This document shows, one piece after another, positions 35,068 through 45,665 of a DNA stretch of 64,000 bases (its first letter is position 1; each line of letters opens with the position of its first letter). The stretch is from Nitrospinales bacterium. GTDB taxonomy: Bacteria > Nitrospinota > Nitrospinia > Nitrospinales > VA-1. The notes under the pieces were generated by a model that saw nothing but the letters and a program-made list of their open reading frames with translations, did no database searches and was not told the origin of the DNA. Made by a program: the position numbers and the translations under genes. Location: NCBI GenBank assembly GCA_965223795.1, contig CBDCXL010000002.1:128001-192000 (forward strand), read 5' to 3'.

Positions 35068-36141
35068 TCACATTTCGTACTTTTCTTTCGTCAGCTTCGC
35101 CACGTAGACAGGATCGTGCCATTTGTGCACGTATTCCAGCCCTGCCCTGGCTTTCTCCTGCAGGTATTTGCGGTTTTCCACACATTTTTTGAGCACCGCA
35201 TGCAGATTGAACGGATCGGCGTTGATGAAGGCTTCCCGCACATCCTCCGCCATGCGCGGCGGAAGAAAGCGCAGATCGCGCTCGGCGATGCGGGCGATGA
35301 CGGGCTTGCCCATTTTCATGGCTTCGACCGCGGTGGCCCCGTACCAGCCGATCATGACCTGGTCCACGACGAGATCCGCTTTCTGCATTTGAGCCATCAG
35401 CTCGGGATGCGTGCGGCCTTCCATCAATGAAAATTCCACACAGCCGGGGTGTTTCTCCGTCAAACGGTTCACGGCCTCCTGGATGTGGTCCGTCCCTTTA
35501 AAACCGCGGTGCGTCGGGGCGTGGATCACTTTCAGCGCTTTGCCGTCAAACGAATGCGAGTGTTGCTTCAATTCATTCCAGCCGGCAATGGTGTACGGCA
35601 GAAACGAGGATTTGTCCTCGGGAAGAAACCACAGCAGATCCGGGTTCAGGGCCCACATGTGCTTTGCGTGCCGGGCCATCTTCATGATCGCGCTGCGCCT
35701 TCTCGGGTCCTGGTCCGCATCCTTAAGGATGTTTTTATAAATTCCCTGGTTGTGCCCTTCGCCCTTTATGTCCGCATCCTTTCGGATCAGCCGCTGCCGT
35801 GCGTCGCTGCCGTTGTAGGTGACAAAGAGCTTCGCATTGTCCGGATAAAAGGGAAGATCCACACTCATCCATCTCAGGCTGGGAAAGTTGATCAGGGATT
35901 GGCCGAAGTTGAAATGAAACGCATCGAATTTCGAACGGATCTTGAAAAACGTTTTCGCCAGTTTGCCCAGCCTCTTCGGCAGGGACTGGCTGCTGTCGAG
36001 ATCGAGATGGATGTCGCCGCGTTGAGCGTAGCGGAAGTGTTCTGCAATGAGAACTCTGCTTTCGATGCCGAGCTGTTTTTCCGCTTCGGCCAGACCGAAG
36101 GCGTTGCCCCCCACGGCGGTCGGAAGGTGCAGGACTTTCAA
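35068..36141 (-). CDS. Glycosyltransferase (GT-B fold)
   Basis: HAPTHRGFKGT and GWYGATAVEAMKMGKPVI; TTG start overlapping the upstream stop, with GGAGGA RBS. Confidence 0.8.
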   Translation of the reverse strand: MKVLHLPTAVGGNAFGLAEAEKQLGIESRVLIAEHFRYAQRGDIHLDLDSSQSLPKRLGKLAKTFFKIRSKFDAFHFNFGQSLINFPSLRWMSVDLPFYPDNAKLFVTYNGSDARQRLIRKDADIKGEGHNQGIYKNILKDADQDPRRRSAIMKMARHAKHMWALNPDLLWFLPEDKSSFLPYTIAGWNELKQHSHSFDGKALKVIHAPTHRGFKGTDHIQEAVNRLTEKHPGCVEFSLMEGRTHPELMAQMQKADLVVDQVMIGWYGATAVEAMKMGKPVIARIAERDLRFLPPRMAEDVREAFINADPFNLHAVLKKCVENRKYLQEKARAGLEYVHKWHDPVYVAKLTKEKYEM

Positions 36142-37070
36142 CTTTTTTCCTCCCCGGTATCCGTGGAGGTTTGGCCTGGACAAGGTTTGAGAAAACTTTC
36201 GATGCAGCGCTCAATCCCCTGTTTAAAAGTGATCCTGGGCGGACCGAGCAGCGTGGACATTTTGCGGATGTCGCCTCCCAGACTGGGGCCTTTTCCCGGC
36301 TCCGCGATCTCGAAACGGGGTTTTTTGTTGAGAGTGTTTCCGATGATTTCACCGATGGCGCGCAGGGTCAGCACTTCGGGTCCGGCCACGTTGACGGCGC
36401 TGCTTGTTTGCAGGTCCAGCGCCTTGCATATGGCCTTCACCGCATCGGACACATAAATCGGGTTGATGGCGATGCCCTCGTTTCCCTGAAGCCGGATGGC
36501 CTTTTCTTCGTTCACCGAATGCACCAGCCGCGGAATCAAGCGGTCCGGCTTTTGGTGCGGACCGTAGACGAAAAAAAGCCTTAGCAGAACCACATTGAAA
36601 ATTCCGGAATAACTCTCAGCCAACACCTCGGAACACAGTTTCGTTCCCAGGTAAAAATTGAGGTTTTCCTGAGCGGGCTTCCACTCGCCGCTGGAAAAGC
36701 TCTGTCCCTGGTAGGTGTCGAGCCCTCCGGACGAAGCGAGGACGAAGGTCCGCGCTCCGGCCCGCTTGGCGTAATCCAGCAGCTTGAGCGTGCTGAGCGT
36801 GTTGACGTAAAACACATCCTCCGCCCGGTTGGGGAATTCCCGGTAATAGTCCGACTGGGCAAGGTGGATCACCGCGTCGGTGCGGCTGGGAAGGGCATGC
36901 GCGTCCCACTCTCCCGAAAGATCGAGGTTCAGGTGATGATACTTTCCGGCCGCACCCGCCCAATCGGGCGTCTCTCTCGATACGCCGGTCACTTCGCACT
37001 CACGCGTCAGCTCCGGAACCAGAGCGGAACCGATGAGTCCGGTTGTGCCTGTGACAACGCAGGTCTTCAT
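36138..37070 (-). CDS. NAD-dependent epimerase/dehydratase
   Basis: VTGTTGLIG, YLGTK and VYGP. Confidence 0.9.
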   Translation of the reverse strand: MKTCVVTGTTGLIGSALVPELTRECEVTGVSRETPDWAGAAGKYHHLNLDLSGEWDAHALPSRTDAVIHLAQSDYYREFPNRAEDVFYVNTLSTLKLLDYAKRAGARTFVLASSGGLDTYQGQSFSSGEWKPAQENLNFYLGTKLCSEVLAESYSGIFNVVLLRLFFVYGPHQKPDRLIPRLVHSVNEEKAIRLQGNEGIAINPIYVSDAVKAICKALDLQTSSAVNVAGPEVLTLRAIGEIIGNTLNKKPRFEIAEPGKGPSLGGDIRKMSTLLGPPRITFKQGIERCIESFLKPCPGQTSTDTGEEKS

Positions 37071-37137
37071 GGAGTCGTTTCCTTGACTGATGCATTGCGT
37101 TCAGACAACATCTTGGCATTTTCCCCAAATATATGCG

Positions 37138-38580
37138 TCATACGGCCTGCCCGCCGATCCATTTGCGGATGTCGTTCACCCGGATCAAGTCGAGGGCGAA
37201 GGACAGCGCGACCACTCCGCCGCAGAACGCCAGCTTGGACAACACGATCGACATTTCCGATCCCAGTTTGTAAAACGGATACGGCAGCACCAGGATCAGA
37301 AACACCGCAATGCTCAGGATGATCTTTCTGCTCTCGATCTCGATGGGGTGCAGCTTCTGCGTCCAGAATAAATACAGGCCGGTCAGACAGGCGTAAGAGA
37401 TGCAGGTCGCCAGCGCCGCTCCCAGCGCGCCCATCCTGGGGATCAACATCCAGTTCAACAGGATGTTGATGCCGGCCGTGATCCAGGATGCGCGTGAGAT
37501 CAATTGTGTTTTCTTTTCCAGCGAAATGCCGATGGGCGTGATCTGGGTGGTTCCGTAGAACACCGCTCCCAGCATCAAAAAGCCGACGAATCCCGCCGCC
37601 CCCCAGTACTCCACCGGCGTCAGCCAGGACAACAGCTCGCGTGAAAAGAGCGTGATCCCGCCGCCGAGCAGCGCCAGACCGAGCAGCCAGAGGCTGAGGA
37701 TTCGGCCGAACACCTGCCGGTAACGCGGTTCCTCGGAATAGATCTTGAACGCCATCGGGCTCCAGGCCGCGCCGAACGCCTGATTCACGAAAAACACGAT
37801 GCTCATCAGGTAAAAGGCGACGCTGTAAAGCCCCACCTGCTGCGTGTCCGCCAGAACGCCCAGCATCCAGCGGTCGGAGGCGGTGAAGATCCAGTATGCC
37901 AGGCCCGCGAAGATGAACGGGTAACCGAACTGGACCAGTTTTTTTCCCTCTTCCCGGTTCCAGTTCCAGACCAGGTCCCTGCGGATGAGCCACACGGCGA
38001 CGGGAGCCGTTATCCAGAGCGCCCAGAACAGACCCCAGAAATAGCCCGCCAACCCCCATGAAAGGCTCAAGATGAAAAACAATCCCAGGCCGACGCCGAG
38101 AAAATTCCGGCAAGCGGACACAAAGGTGTATTTGAGCGGAGCGAAATGAATCCGGAGCACGTTTTGCGCGTAGACCATCACCTGATAAGGCAGGATCCCC
38201 GCCAGTGCCAGGACCACCCAGATCCATTGCAGGCCGAAGCGTTCCAGCAGCACGCCGCGCGTCAGGTAGCCTCCCCACAGCACCGCCGCGGTGAAAGCGA
38301 GACACCAGAGGATCAGGATCACGAGCCCCACGCTGACGATGGTTTTCGGGTCCGATTCGCGCTCTTTGCTGTCCCAGTAAAAACGCTGCACCGAGTTGTT
38401 CATGCCGAGCGTGGCGAACGTGCCGATGAGCCCCGCCAGCGACACGATGAGCGCCATGGCTCCGAACTCCTCAACCGTGAACACGTGGGTGTAGATGGGC
38501 ACCACCGCGAACGCGACGAGCTTGAAGACCAGGTCGCCCAGGCCGTACACCATCGTGTCTTTGAACAGGGAACGGATCAT
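37138..38580 (-). CDS. wzx: Polysaccharide flippase (Wzx-like)
   Basis: About 12-14 TM helices; SDRWMLG..VGLYSVA and LIPRMGALGAALAT. Confidence 0.85.
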   Translation of the reverse strand: MIRSLFKDTMVYGLGDLVFKLVAFAVVPIYTHVFTVEEFGAMALIVSLAGLIGTFATLGMNNSVQRFYWDSKERESDPKTIVSVGLVILILWCLAFTAAVLWGGYLTRGVLLERFGLQWIWVVLALAGILPYQVMVYAQNVLRIHFAPLKYTFVSACRNFLGVGLGLFFILSLSWGLAGYFWGLFWALWITAPVAVWLIRRDLVWNWNREEGKKLVQFGYPFIFAGLAYWIFTASDRWMLGVLADTQQVGLYSVAFYLMSIVFFVNQAFGAAWSPMAFKIYSEEPRYRQVFGRILSLWLLGLALLGGGITLFSRELLSWLTPVEYWGAAGFVGFLMLGAVFYGTTQITPIGISLEKKTQLISRASWITAGINILLNWMLIPRMGALGAALATCISYACLTGLYLFWTQKLHPIEIESRKIILSIAVFLILVLPYPFYKLGSEMSIVLSKLAFCGGVVALSFALDLIRVNDIRKWIGGQAV

Positions 38581-39914
38581 CGTGGAAACAGTTTTTCCGG
38601 CAAACGGTTTTCGATCAAAGGATGCCGCACTTTCGGCGCGGTGCGGTTGTATTTAGAATGCAGAGGATGAAACAGGTTCATCAGGTCCCGGTCACTGCCT
38701 TTCCAGATTGTTTCATAGATCGCTGTGAACAGATATTGGGCGGTTTTGGTGGAATGGTACTTTTCCGCATACAGCCGCCCCGCCCGCCCCAGCTCCTCGC
38801 GCAATTCCGGGTGCGTGACCAGAATTCGCAGATGATTCTTCACGGTTTCCGGTGTGGTGGACAACACGGGGCACTCGTTCAAGTACGAATGCCGCCGGAA
38901 ATAGCGGGTGTAGCTTTCGTTTTCCAGGTTGGCAAGCACGGGCAGTCCGGTGGCCATTCCCTCGATGCCGCTCAGGGCGTAACAGGATACGATGATCTGC
39001 TCCACCAGGATATCGGCCTCATCGCGCATGATTTCCCGCACCCGGTCATTGGATACGTTCTCCAGCAGGATGAGATCCACATCCAGTCCTTCTTCTTTCA
39101 AATCGTTCACGGCCTGGACGATGAATTCGGTGCCTTTGTAGCCGCGGTGGTTGGGCGTGTGAATGATCTTCACCGGTCCGTTCAATCCGTTGCTTTTTGA
39201 GTAGACGGCTTTCTTCTGCCATTGTGCGGTGTCGATGGTGATCGGATTGAACGGCGCGCAGTCCCAGCGGCCGATTCCTTCGATCATCGTTCCCGTGATC
39301 ATGGCGTCCGCATTGCGTGTCCAGTAGTGAACCCGTTGTTCGATCTTCTTTTCCTTTTTCGCCAGCTCCGGATAGGAAGTCAGAAGCGCGTGGCGCAGGG
39401 AAGTGTCGGTGATCTTCGACATCTGATACGCATCGGTGCCGTAAGGGATCAAAACCGCTTTGCATCCCGCCAGCCGGAGCAGCGGCGCTTCCAGCCGCCA
39501 CAGCCCGGTGCTTCCCAGGAAGCCGCCCGAGAAAGGATGGTGCACGATGTCGTAATGGTTGACCGCGTGGGCGAACACGACATACGGCGCGCGCAGTACA
39601 TAAAATGCGTTGACAATTTTATTGCGGGAGGCGCCGGCGATGCCGCTGTAGTAATGGTCGAAATCCTCCTTTTTATTGATGGAGGAAAACCATTCGATCA
39701 TGAGGGTCGCCGATTCGAACCCGGCGCCTTTCATGGCGTCGGACCAGTATTTGTTGTTCATGATGGGCACCGGCCCCCAGACCAGGCGCGGCGGCCAGCG
39801 ATCGCGCTTTTTGTTCCAGGGCATGCGGATCAGGATATACAGCAGTCCGCCAACGTCGAACCCAAAGCGGACGATTGATTTCAAAATCTGTTTCATTAAA
39901 AAGTCAATCTCCAT
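38577..39914 (-). CDS. Glycosyltransferase (GT-B fold)
   Basis: HTPNHRGYKGT and IEGMATGLPV; similar to the GT at 35068. Confidence 0.8.
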   Translation of the reverse strand: MEIDFLMKQILKSIVRFGFDVGGLLYILIRMPWNKKRDRWPPRLVWGPVPIMNNKYWSDAMKGAGFESATLMIEWFSSINKKEDFDHYYSGIAGASRNKIVNAFYVLRAPYVVFAHAVNHYDIVHHPFSGGFLGSTGLWRLEAPLLRLAGCKAVLIPYGTDAYQMSKITDTSLRHALLTSYPELAKKEKKIEQRVHYWTRNADAMITGTMIEGIGRWDCAPFNPITIDTAQWQKKAVYSKSNGLNGPVKIIHTPNHRGYKGTEFIVQAVNDLKEEGLDVDLILLENVSNDRVREIMRDEADILVEQIIVSCYALSGIEGMATGLPVLANLENESYTRYFRRHSYLNECPVLSTTPETVKNHLRILVTHPELREELGRAGRLYAEKYHSTKTAQYLFTAIYETIWKGSDRDLMNLFHPLHSKYNRTAPKVRHPLIENRLPEKLFPR

Positions 39915-40837
39915 CAGTCCATCACAGCAAGACCAATGCCGTCTTTGCCGAACGCGTTGCCGTTGTAGAACATAAATTGCCTGCCTTCATGCCCGATCAC
40001 AGCCGGATAGGCCATCGCCGCCGCATCCCAGCCTTCCGCCGAAACCGCGATTCCGGTATTTTCGTCTTTTCGCTGCCACTGGATGCCGTCTTCGGATTCT
40101 GCGCGTCCGATCCGGTAGCCCTTGCCGCGGTCGAAGGAATACCACGCCTCGTAGCCATCGTCACCTTTCCGGACCCAGGTGCGGGCGATGTTTTTCTCTT
40201 CGGGAACGGCATGATCCAGAGAAACGACGCCGTCGCGACGCCACTGCACGCCATCTCCGGATTCCGCATATTTGATGTGGTAGTGGGAATGCAAACCCTT
40301 GTCGGTTTCCTCCCAGCGATAACCGGACACGTACCACATGCGCCAACGGTCATTTTCTTTCATGACGAACGGAGACGTGACCAGGCAGGGGTCGTGCTCG
40401 GAACGCCCCATGATGGGCGCGGCGCTCAATTTCCGAAAATTCACGCCGCCGTCTTCGCTCACCGCCAACCCGATCGCCGCGGTGAACAGGGGCGGCGTGG
40501 GTCCCGGATTCCAGCCGATGGTGTAGAGATAAACCCTGCCGCCGTCGCGCACGGCCGAGGCGGCATAGATGCCGTGATCGTCAAAATGCCCCAGCGGCCC
40601 CGGCTCGAGCACCGGCCGCGAACTCACCTCAACCGGGCGGGCAAGGTCGTCGAGATCCATGTCGAAATAGCCGACGTGCGAGCGGTTGCGCGCATCGCGG
40701 CTGGAAAAATACACCCGGCAGCGGCTTCCCTCCAGCTTCAGCGGTGTGGGCAGCGAAGCGTGCGACCGCATCCACGGCACGTTCGTATCGGGTGAAAATA
40801 TCAGCCCCTCTTTTTTCCACTTTTTATTGATGGTCAT
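39914..40837 (-). CDS. Five-bladed beta-propeller glycoside-hydrolase-like protein
   Basis: Repeated AxSxDGxxW Asp-box-like motifs; MFYNGN. Confidence 0.7.
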   Translation of the reverse strand: MTINKKWKKEGLIFSPDTNVPWMRSHASLPTPLKLEGSRCRVYFSSRDARNRSHVGYFDMDLDDLARPVEVSSRPVLEPGPLGHFDDHGIYAASAVRDGGRVYLYTIGWNPGPTPPLFTAAIGLAVSEDGGVNFRKLSAAPIMGRSEHDPCLVTSPFVMKENDRWRMWYVSGYRWEETDKGLHSHYHIKYAESGDGVQWRRDGVVSLDHAVPEEKNIARTWVRKGDDGYEAWYSFDRGKGYRIGRAESEDGIQWQRKDENTGIAVSAEGWDAAAMAYPAVIGHEGRQFMFYNGNAFGKDGIGLAVMD

Positions 40838-40885
40838 TGTTTACCGTGATCGTCATTCATATTGAAAGTGAGATGCCATTGTCCT

Positions 40886-41548
40886 TCACTGAAAAAACAT
40901 CGTGCTTTCCCGCTTGAATTTTTTCGTGCGTTCGCCGAGGTACACCTCACGCGGCCCCGTGCTTTTCTGGATCAACGCATTGGCGCCGATGAGGTTTTCA
41001 TCGCCGATGGACACGCTGTCCACCACCGTCGCGTTCACACCGAAAAAGCAGCGGCTGCCGACCTTGCAGAATCCGGAAATCACCACATGCGAGGACAAAA
41101 AACAATGCGGCCCGATCACCGAGTGATGGCCGATGTGGTTTCCGCTCCACAGGATGCTGTTGTCTTCCAGCGTCACGAAAGGCTGCAGGGTGTTGTCCTC
41201 GAACACAAACACGTTTTCGCCGATCTTCGTGTCTCCCCAGTGCGTGGCCTTGGAGGAAACGTAGCTGAGCAGCTTGTATCCCTTGGCCTTGGCCTCGTGA
41301 AAAAACTGTTCGCGCACACGATTCATTTTGATATAGCCGACAGCGATAAACATCTCGTGTGTATCGGGCGGAAAGTGTTTTTGCACTTCGTCGAAAGCCA
41401 CGAGCGGACGACCGTTGAAGCATTCCTCCTTCACCACATCTCTTGTGGCGGTGAAGGCCACCACCTCATAGTCGCTGTCATTCGTCAGGTAAAACTGGGC
41501 GATTTCCGCTAAATTGCCCGTTCCGAATACAATTGCTTTTTTTTTCAC
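40886..41548 (-). CDS. Hexapeptide-repeat sugar acetyltransferase (NeuD/PglD-like)
   Basis: VFGTG N-terminal domain; left-handed beta-helix repeats; HIGHHS. Confidence 0.88.
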   Translation of the reverse strand: MKKKAIVFGTGNLAEIAQFYLTNDSDYEVVAFTATRDVVKEECFNGRPLVAFDEVQKHFPPDTHEMFIAVGYIKMNRVREQFFHEAKAKGYKLLSYVSSKATHWGDTKIGENVFVFEDNTLQPFVTLEDNSILWSGNHIGHHSVIGPHCFLSSHVVISGFCKVGSRCFFGVNATVVDSVSIGDENLIGANALIQKSTGPREVYLGERTKKFKRESTMFFQ

Positions 41549-41556
41549 AGGTCACC

Positions 41557-42585
41557 TCACAGGCACACCGAATGGAGACAGGAAAAAGGGACCACGTAAA
41601 ATCCCGGGTACCCCTCCAAAAGTGCGTCCTCAGTTTGTTCCAGAAGCGATTCATCGTTGACTTTTACGTAATATCGATAGCGGTGATCTTGCGCCCCCCA
41701 CTTGCGCTTGAAGCGATGCACGCCTTCCTGGGAATTCCAGGTGCCGCCCCAGTTCCACCCTGTGTATCCCGCGCGGGCCGCGTCCAGCATGGCCCGATAA
41801 AGAATCTCCGCCATGGGCTGGATGCTGCGGTGCTCTTTCACGGTGACGGGAACGAAATACTCGACCGTGCGATTGAAGTAAAACAGGAGCAGCGCGCTCA
41901 CAGCCCTGTTGCCCTGGCTGGCGACATAGATTCTGTACTCCCGGTCCGCTTCGAAATATTTCGGAAACAGGTCGAAAAACGCCCGCGTTTTCTCCCGTCC
42001 GCCGATCAATGCCATATTTTCGCAGTGTATCCGTTCGAGAAACTCGACCGCTTTGTTGTCCACGCTCACGGTGATGCCGGAATCTTTCGCCTTGCGAATG
42101 TTGCGGCGGGTGGAGCCGTCCAGCAGCGCCAGAATCCGGCTCTCAAGGTTCTCCCCCTGGGGCAGCCGTGTGAACTGGCCGATGCGCTCGTCCTGAAAAT
42201 TGTGCTCAACCGGTGCTTCCTCGCTCGACAACAGGGGATGTCCGATCAGCGTCGCGGCCGCCACACCGGAATGATTCGCCAAAGCGTCGAATCTGGCATA
42301 GAGCGCGTCGCGCGCGGCCTGGGTGGCATGCAGCACGGCGCCGTGACTGCCGTAATACGGCAGGGAATTCAGAACACGCCCAAACGGGCCGCCTTTCTCC
42401 ATCACCGGCAGAACGCCGGTGATCTTCCCGTTTTCACGGGCGATCCAGTATTCGGAACGGCAGCCGAGCAGCGCCTCGAGAAAGCGTTTGTAGGGCAGAC
42501 CGTAGTACAGCAGCGACGCCTCGCAGCTGTCAAGAAACGCCTGGTATTCGCTATCGTCCTTTTCTTTCAGCTTTATGATTTCCAT
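41557..42585 (-). CDS. GNAT/FemAB-like protein
   Basis: NSLPYYGSHG, TRRNIRKA and GVHRFKRKWGA. Confidence 0.8.
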   Translation of the reverse strand: MEIIKLKEKDDSEYQAFLDSCEASLLYYGLPYKRFLEALLGCRSEYWIARENGKITGVLPVMEKGGPFGRVLNSLPYYGSHGAVLHATQAARDALYARFDALANHSGVAAATLIGHPLLSSEEAPVEHNFQDERIGQFTRLPQGENLESRILALLDGSTRRNIRKAKDSGITVSVDNKAVEFLERIHCENMALIGGREKTRAFFDLFPKYFEADREYRIYVASQGNRAVSALLLFYFNRTVEYFVPVTVKEHRSIQPMAEILYRAMLDAARAGYTGWNWGGTWNSQEGVHRFKRKWGAQDHRYRYYVKVNDESLLEQTEDALLEGYPGFYVVPFSCLHSVCL

Positions 42586-42596
42586 GATATTTCAAA

Positions 42597-44513
42597 TCAA
42601 TTGAACTTGGTTCTTGAAACATCCGGCCCCGCTCCGTACAGGAAGGACCGGCACCAGTATTCGAAACTGAGAAATGACCAGATGAGCAGCCGGCGGTTCT
42701 CTTTTCCCTGCAGATGCTCCTGGATCAGCGCATGACAGGTTTTGCGGTCGAGGAACGCATACATGGCGGCGTTTTTGCTCAGCAGCAGCTTTTTCACGTA
42801 GTCCATGCTCTCGCCTTTGAACCAGGACGCATCCGGACCGGAGAATCCCTGCTTCACATCCTGCGTGACCGAAGCGGGAATGTGCCGCTTCATCACGTCC
42901 CGCAGAAGCAGCTTGCCGTCGCGGGTTTTGGTGAAGTATTTTTCCGTCTTCGGGCCGGGTTCGTTTTCGTTGAGGCGGACGACCTCATTCAAATTTCCCA
43001 GGCGCAGGTGCGCGGGCACCTTCATGGCGAAATCCACCAGGTCGTTGTCGAGAAACGGCACACGCGTTTCCAGTCCGTGCGCCATGCTGATCTTGTCTTC
43101 GACCATCAGCAGACCGTGCAGGAAGGTCTTGGCTTCAAAATACAGGGAGTGCATGACGTAATCCTCCGGCCTGCGGATCGCATGGCCGCGGTCCTTGAAC
43201 ACATCGCGGAAGATGTCGCGCGTCCAGACGTGGCGGATCTCTTTCCACACCGGCTGGAACACCTGCTTGATGAGACTGTTGGGGATGAGCCGCTGCCAGT
43301 AGAGATAGTACTTGTCGATATAGTTTTCAAAATCCTCGTTGACCACGGCGCGGTAGTACCGCCAGGGATAGCCTCCGAACAGCTCGTCGCCGCCCATGCC
43401 GGAAAGCACCACTTTGAGGAATTTGCTGGCAAGCTGCGACACGTAGTAATTGGGATAGCTCTGCCCCACCCGCGGCTCCTCGAGGTTCCAGACCAGGTGC
43501 GGCATCACCCGCTCCATGTCGCCGGCCTTCAGCACGACCTCGTAGTGCTGGGTCTTGAACAGGTAGGACATCTTTTCCGATTTCTCGCGCTCGTCGAATC
43601 CCAGTTCCAGCCCCATGGCGCTGTTCAGGTCGAACCCGCAGGTGAAGGTTTTCATGTACGGCAGGTGCCGGCTCGCCGTGGCGGTGATGGCGCCCGAATC
43701 CATGCCGCCGCTCAGGTAGGAACCCACCTCCACATCACTGACCAGCTGCCGCTTGACGGCCTGCTGAAACAGGCGGTCGAGCTCTTCCACATATTCTTCG
43801 TCTTTTAAAGGACGCTCGGGCTCTTCGAAGCAGTAATCCCAGTAGCGGTGAAAGTGAAGCTGGCTTTCCCGGTGCGACGGCCGGATCACCGCGTGACAGC
43901 CCGCCGGAAACAGCTTGATGCCGCTGTGCAGGGTTTTGTCGGTGAAGATGTTCTGAAACGTGAAATACTCCAGCACCGCTTCCAGGTCGATTTCAAAATG
44001 CGTTTCCGGATGCGCCAGCAGGGCCTTGGTTTCGGAGCCGAACAGAAAGGTCCTGCCCTGGAACGAGTAGTAAAGCGGTTTGATGCCGTAACGGTCGCGC
44101 GCCAGGAACAGCTCCTGCTTTTCCTTGTCCCAGATGGCGAAGGCGAACATGCCGTTGAACTTGTGCAGGCAGTCGGGGCCCCACTGCATGAAGGCGTTGA
44201 GCAGCACTTCGGTGTCGGTGCCGGTGTGGAAGGCGTGCCCGCGCTGCTCCAGCTCGTCCCGCAGCTCACGGTAATTGTAGATCTCGCCGTTGTAGGTGAT
44301 CACCCAGCGGCCGCCGCCGGAAGCCATCGGCTGCCGTCCCACGGGGGACGGGTCGATGACGGACAGCCTGCGGTGCCCCAAACCCATGTTGCGGTCGAGG
44401 TACTGGCCTTCGTCGTCAGGACCGCGGTGCGCGATCGCGTCGGTCATCAGCTTGAGCGCGCCCGGCAGAACGGCCTGCTTATTCAGATTGTAGATTCCAG
44501 CAATTCCGCACAT
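42597..44513 (-). CDS. asnB: Asparagine synthase-family glutamine amidotransferase (polysaccharide amidation)
   Basis: MCGIAG, HRGPD, YNGEIYN, LSGGMDS, SGMGGDELFGGY and ETRVPFLD. Confidence 0.93.
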   Translation of the reverse strand: MCGIAGIYNLNKQAVLPGALKLMTDAIAHRGPDDEGQYLDRNMGLGHRRLSVIDPSPVGRQPMASGGGRWVITYNGEIYNYRELRDELEQRGHAFHTGTDTEVLLNAFMQWGPDCLHKFNGMFAFAIWDKEKQELFLARDRYGIKPLYYSFQGRTFLFGSETKALLAHPETHFEIDLEAVLEYFTFQNIFTDKTLHSGIKLFPAGCHAVIRPSHRESQLHFHRYWDYCFEEPERPLKDEEYVEELDRLFQQAVKRQLVSDVEVGSYLSGGMDSGAITATASRHLPYMKTFTCGFDLNSAMGLELGFDEREKSEKMSYLFKTQHYEVVLKAGDMERVMPHLVWNLEEPRVGQSYPNYYVSQLASKFLKVVLSGMGGDELFGGYPWRYYRAVVNEDFENYIDKYYLYWQRLIPNSLIKQVFQPVWKEIRHVWTRDIFRDVFKDRGHAIRRPEDYVMHSLYFEAKTFLHGLLMVEDKISMAHGLETRVPFLDNDLVDFAMKVPAHLRLGNLNEVVRLNENEPGPKTEKYFTKTRDGKLLLRDVMKRHIPASVTQDVKQGFSGPDASWFKGESMDYVKKLLLSKNAAMYAFLDRKTCHALIQEHLQGKENRRLLIWSFLSFEYWCRSFLYGAGPDVSRTKFN

Positions 44514-44516
44514 GCT

Positions 44517-45653
44517 TCATTCCTTGAGACTGGTTTCGATCGCTTCCACGACGCGATTCTGATCGCTTTCCGAAAGCCCCGGATACAGCGGCAGCGTCAG
44601 GGTCTCGTCCTGACAGCGCGCCGATTCCGGGCAGCTTTGAGCGTGCAGAGCGTACTTGTTCCGGTAATAGTCCAGCGTGTGGACCGCGTGCGTGCCCTGC
44701 GTCGCGGCGACGCCGTTTTGGGCCAGTTTCTTCACCAGCGCGTCGCGGGTGCAGGCAGCATCGGGATGCACGCGCACCACATAAGACTGGTACGTGTGAA
44801 AATACGCTTCCGGGACCCGCGGCACTGCAATTCCCGCAACGGATGGCAACCGCTCGTCGTAGCGTTTGGCCTGCGTCCGCCGGGCTTTGAGGATGGACTC
44901 CAGTTTTCGCATCTGTTCGATTCCTAAAGCCGCGTGCAGATCCGACATGCGGTAGTTGAATCCCAGTTCGGTGAACCGGGGCAGCAGCAGGTTGCCATTC
45001 TGGTGCCGTTCCGCATCGGAGACGGTGGCGCCGTGATTGCGCAGGGTCCTGAGGATCGGTCCGTATCCCGCATCGCGCGCGACCACCATGCCGCCCTCGC
45101 CGGTGGTGATGATCTTTCTCGGGTGAAAGCTGAAGCAGCCCAGATCCCCGAACGTCCCCGCGTGCTTTTCTCCGATGCGTGCGCCGAACGCACAGGCGGC
45201 ATCTTCGATCACCTTGAGTCCGTGGCGGGACGCGAAGCTGTTGACGGCCTGCATGTCCGCGCACAACCCGAAAAGATGAACCGGCATCACCGCGCGCGTG
45301 CGCGGCGTCACGAGCGCATCCAGCTTTGCGGTGTCGAGGTTGTACGTGTGCGGATCGACGTCCGCGAACACGGGACGCGCGCCCACGTACTCCACCGCAT
45401 TGGCGGTGGCCACATAAGTGAAGGACGGGACGATCACTTCATCACCGGGTTTCACGCCCGCGGCGAGGAGCGCCAGGTGCAGCCCCGTGGTGCAGGAGGA
45501 CACCGCCAGCGCCAGCGGAACGCCGATGGTTTCGGCCGCGGCTTTCTCGAAGGCGGCCACTTTCGGTCCCTGCACCAGCCATCCCGAATCCAGGACGCCG
45601 CTCAACGCGTTTTTTTCTTCTTCTCCCAGCCAGGGTCGTGTCAGTGGAATCAT
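44517..45653 (-). CDS. DegT/DnrJ/EryC1/StrS sugar aminotransferase
   Basis: IEDAAC, FSFHPRKIITTGEGG and GFNYRM. Confidence 0.94.
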   Translation of the reverse strand: MIPLTRPWLGEEEKNALSGVLDSGWLVQGPKVAAFEKAAAETIGVPLALAVSSCTTGLHLALLAAGVKPGDEVIVPSFTYVATANAVEYVGARPVFADVDPHTYNLDTAKLDALVTPRTRAVMPVHLFGLCADMQAVNSFASRHGLKVIEDAACAFGARIGEKHAGTFGDLGCFSFHPRKIITTGEGGMVVARDAGYGPILRTLRNHGATVSDAERHQNGNLLLPRFTELGFNYRMSDLHAALGIEQMRKLESILKARRTQAKRYDERLPSVAGIAVPRVPEAYFHTYQSYVVRVHPDAACTRDALVKKLAQNGVAATQGTHAVHTLDYYRNKYALHAQSCPESARCQDETLTLPLYPGLSESDQNRVVEAIETSLKE

Positions 45654-45665
45654 GGGGCCGTCATC

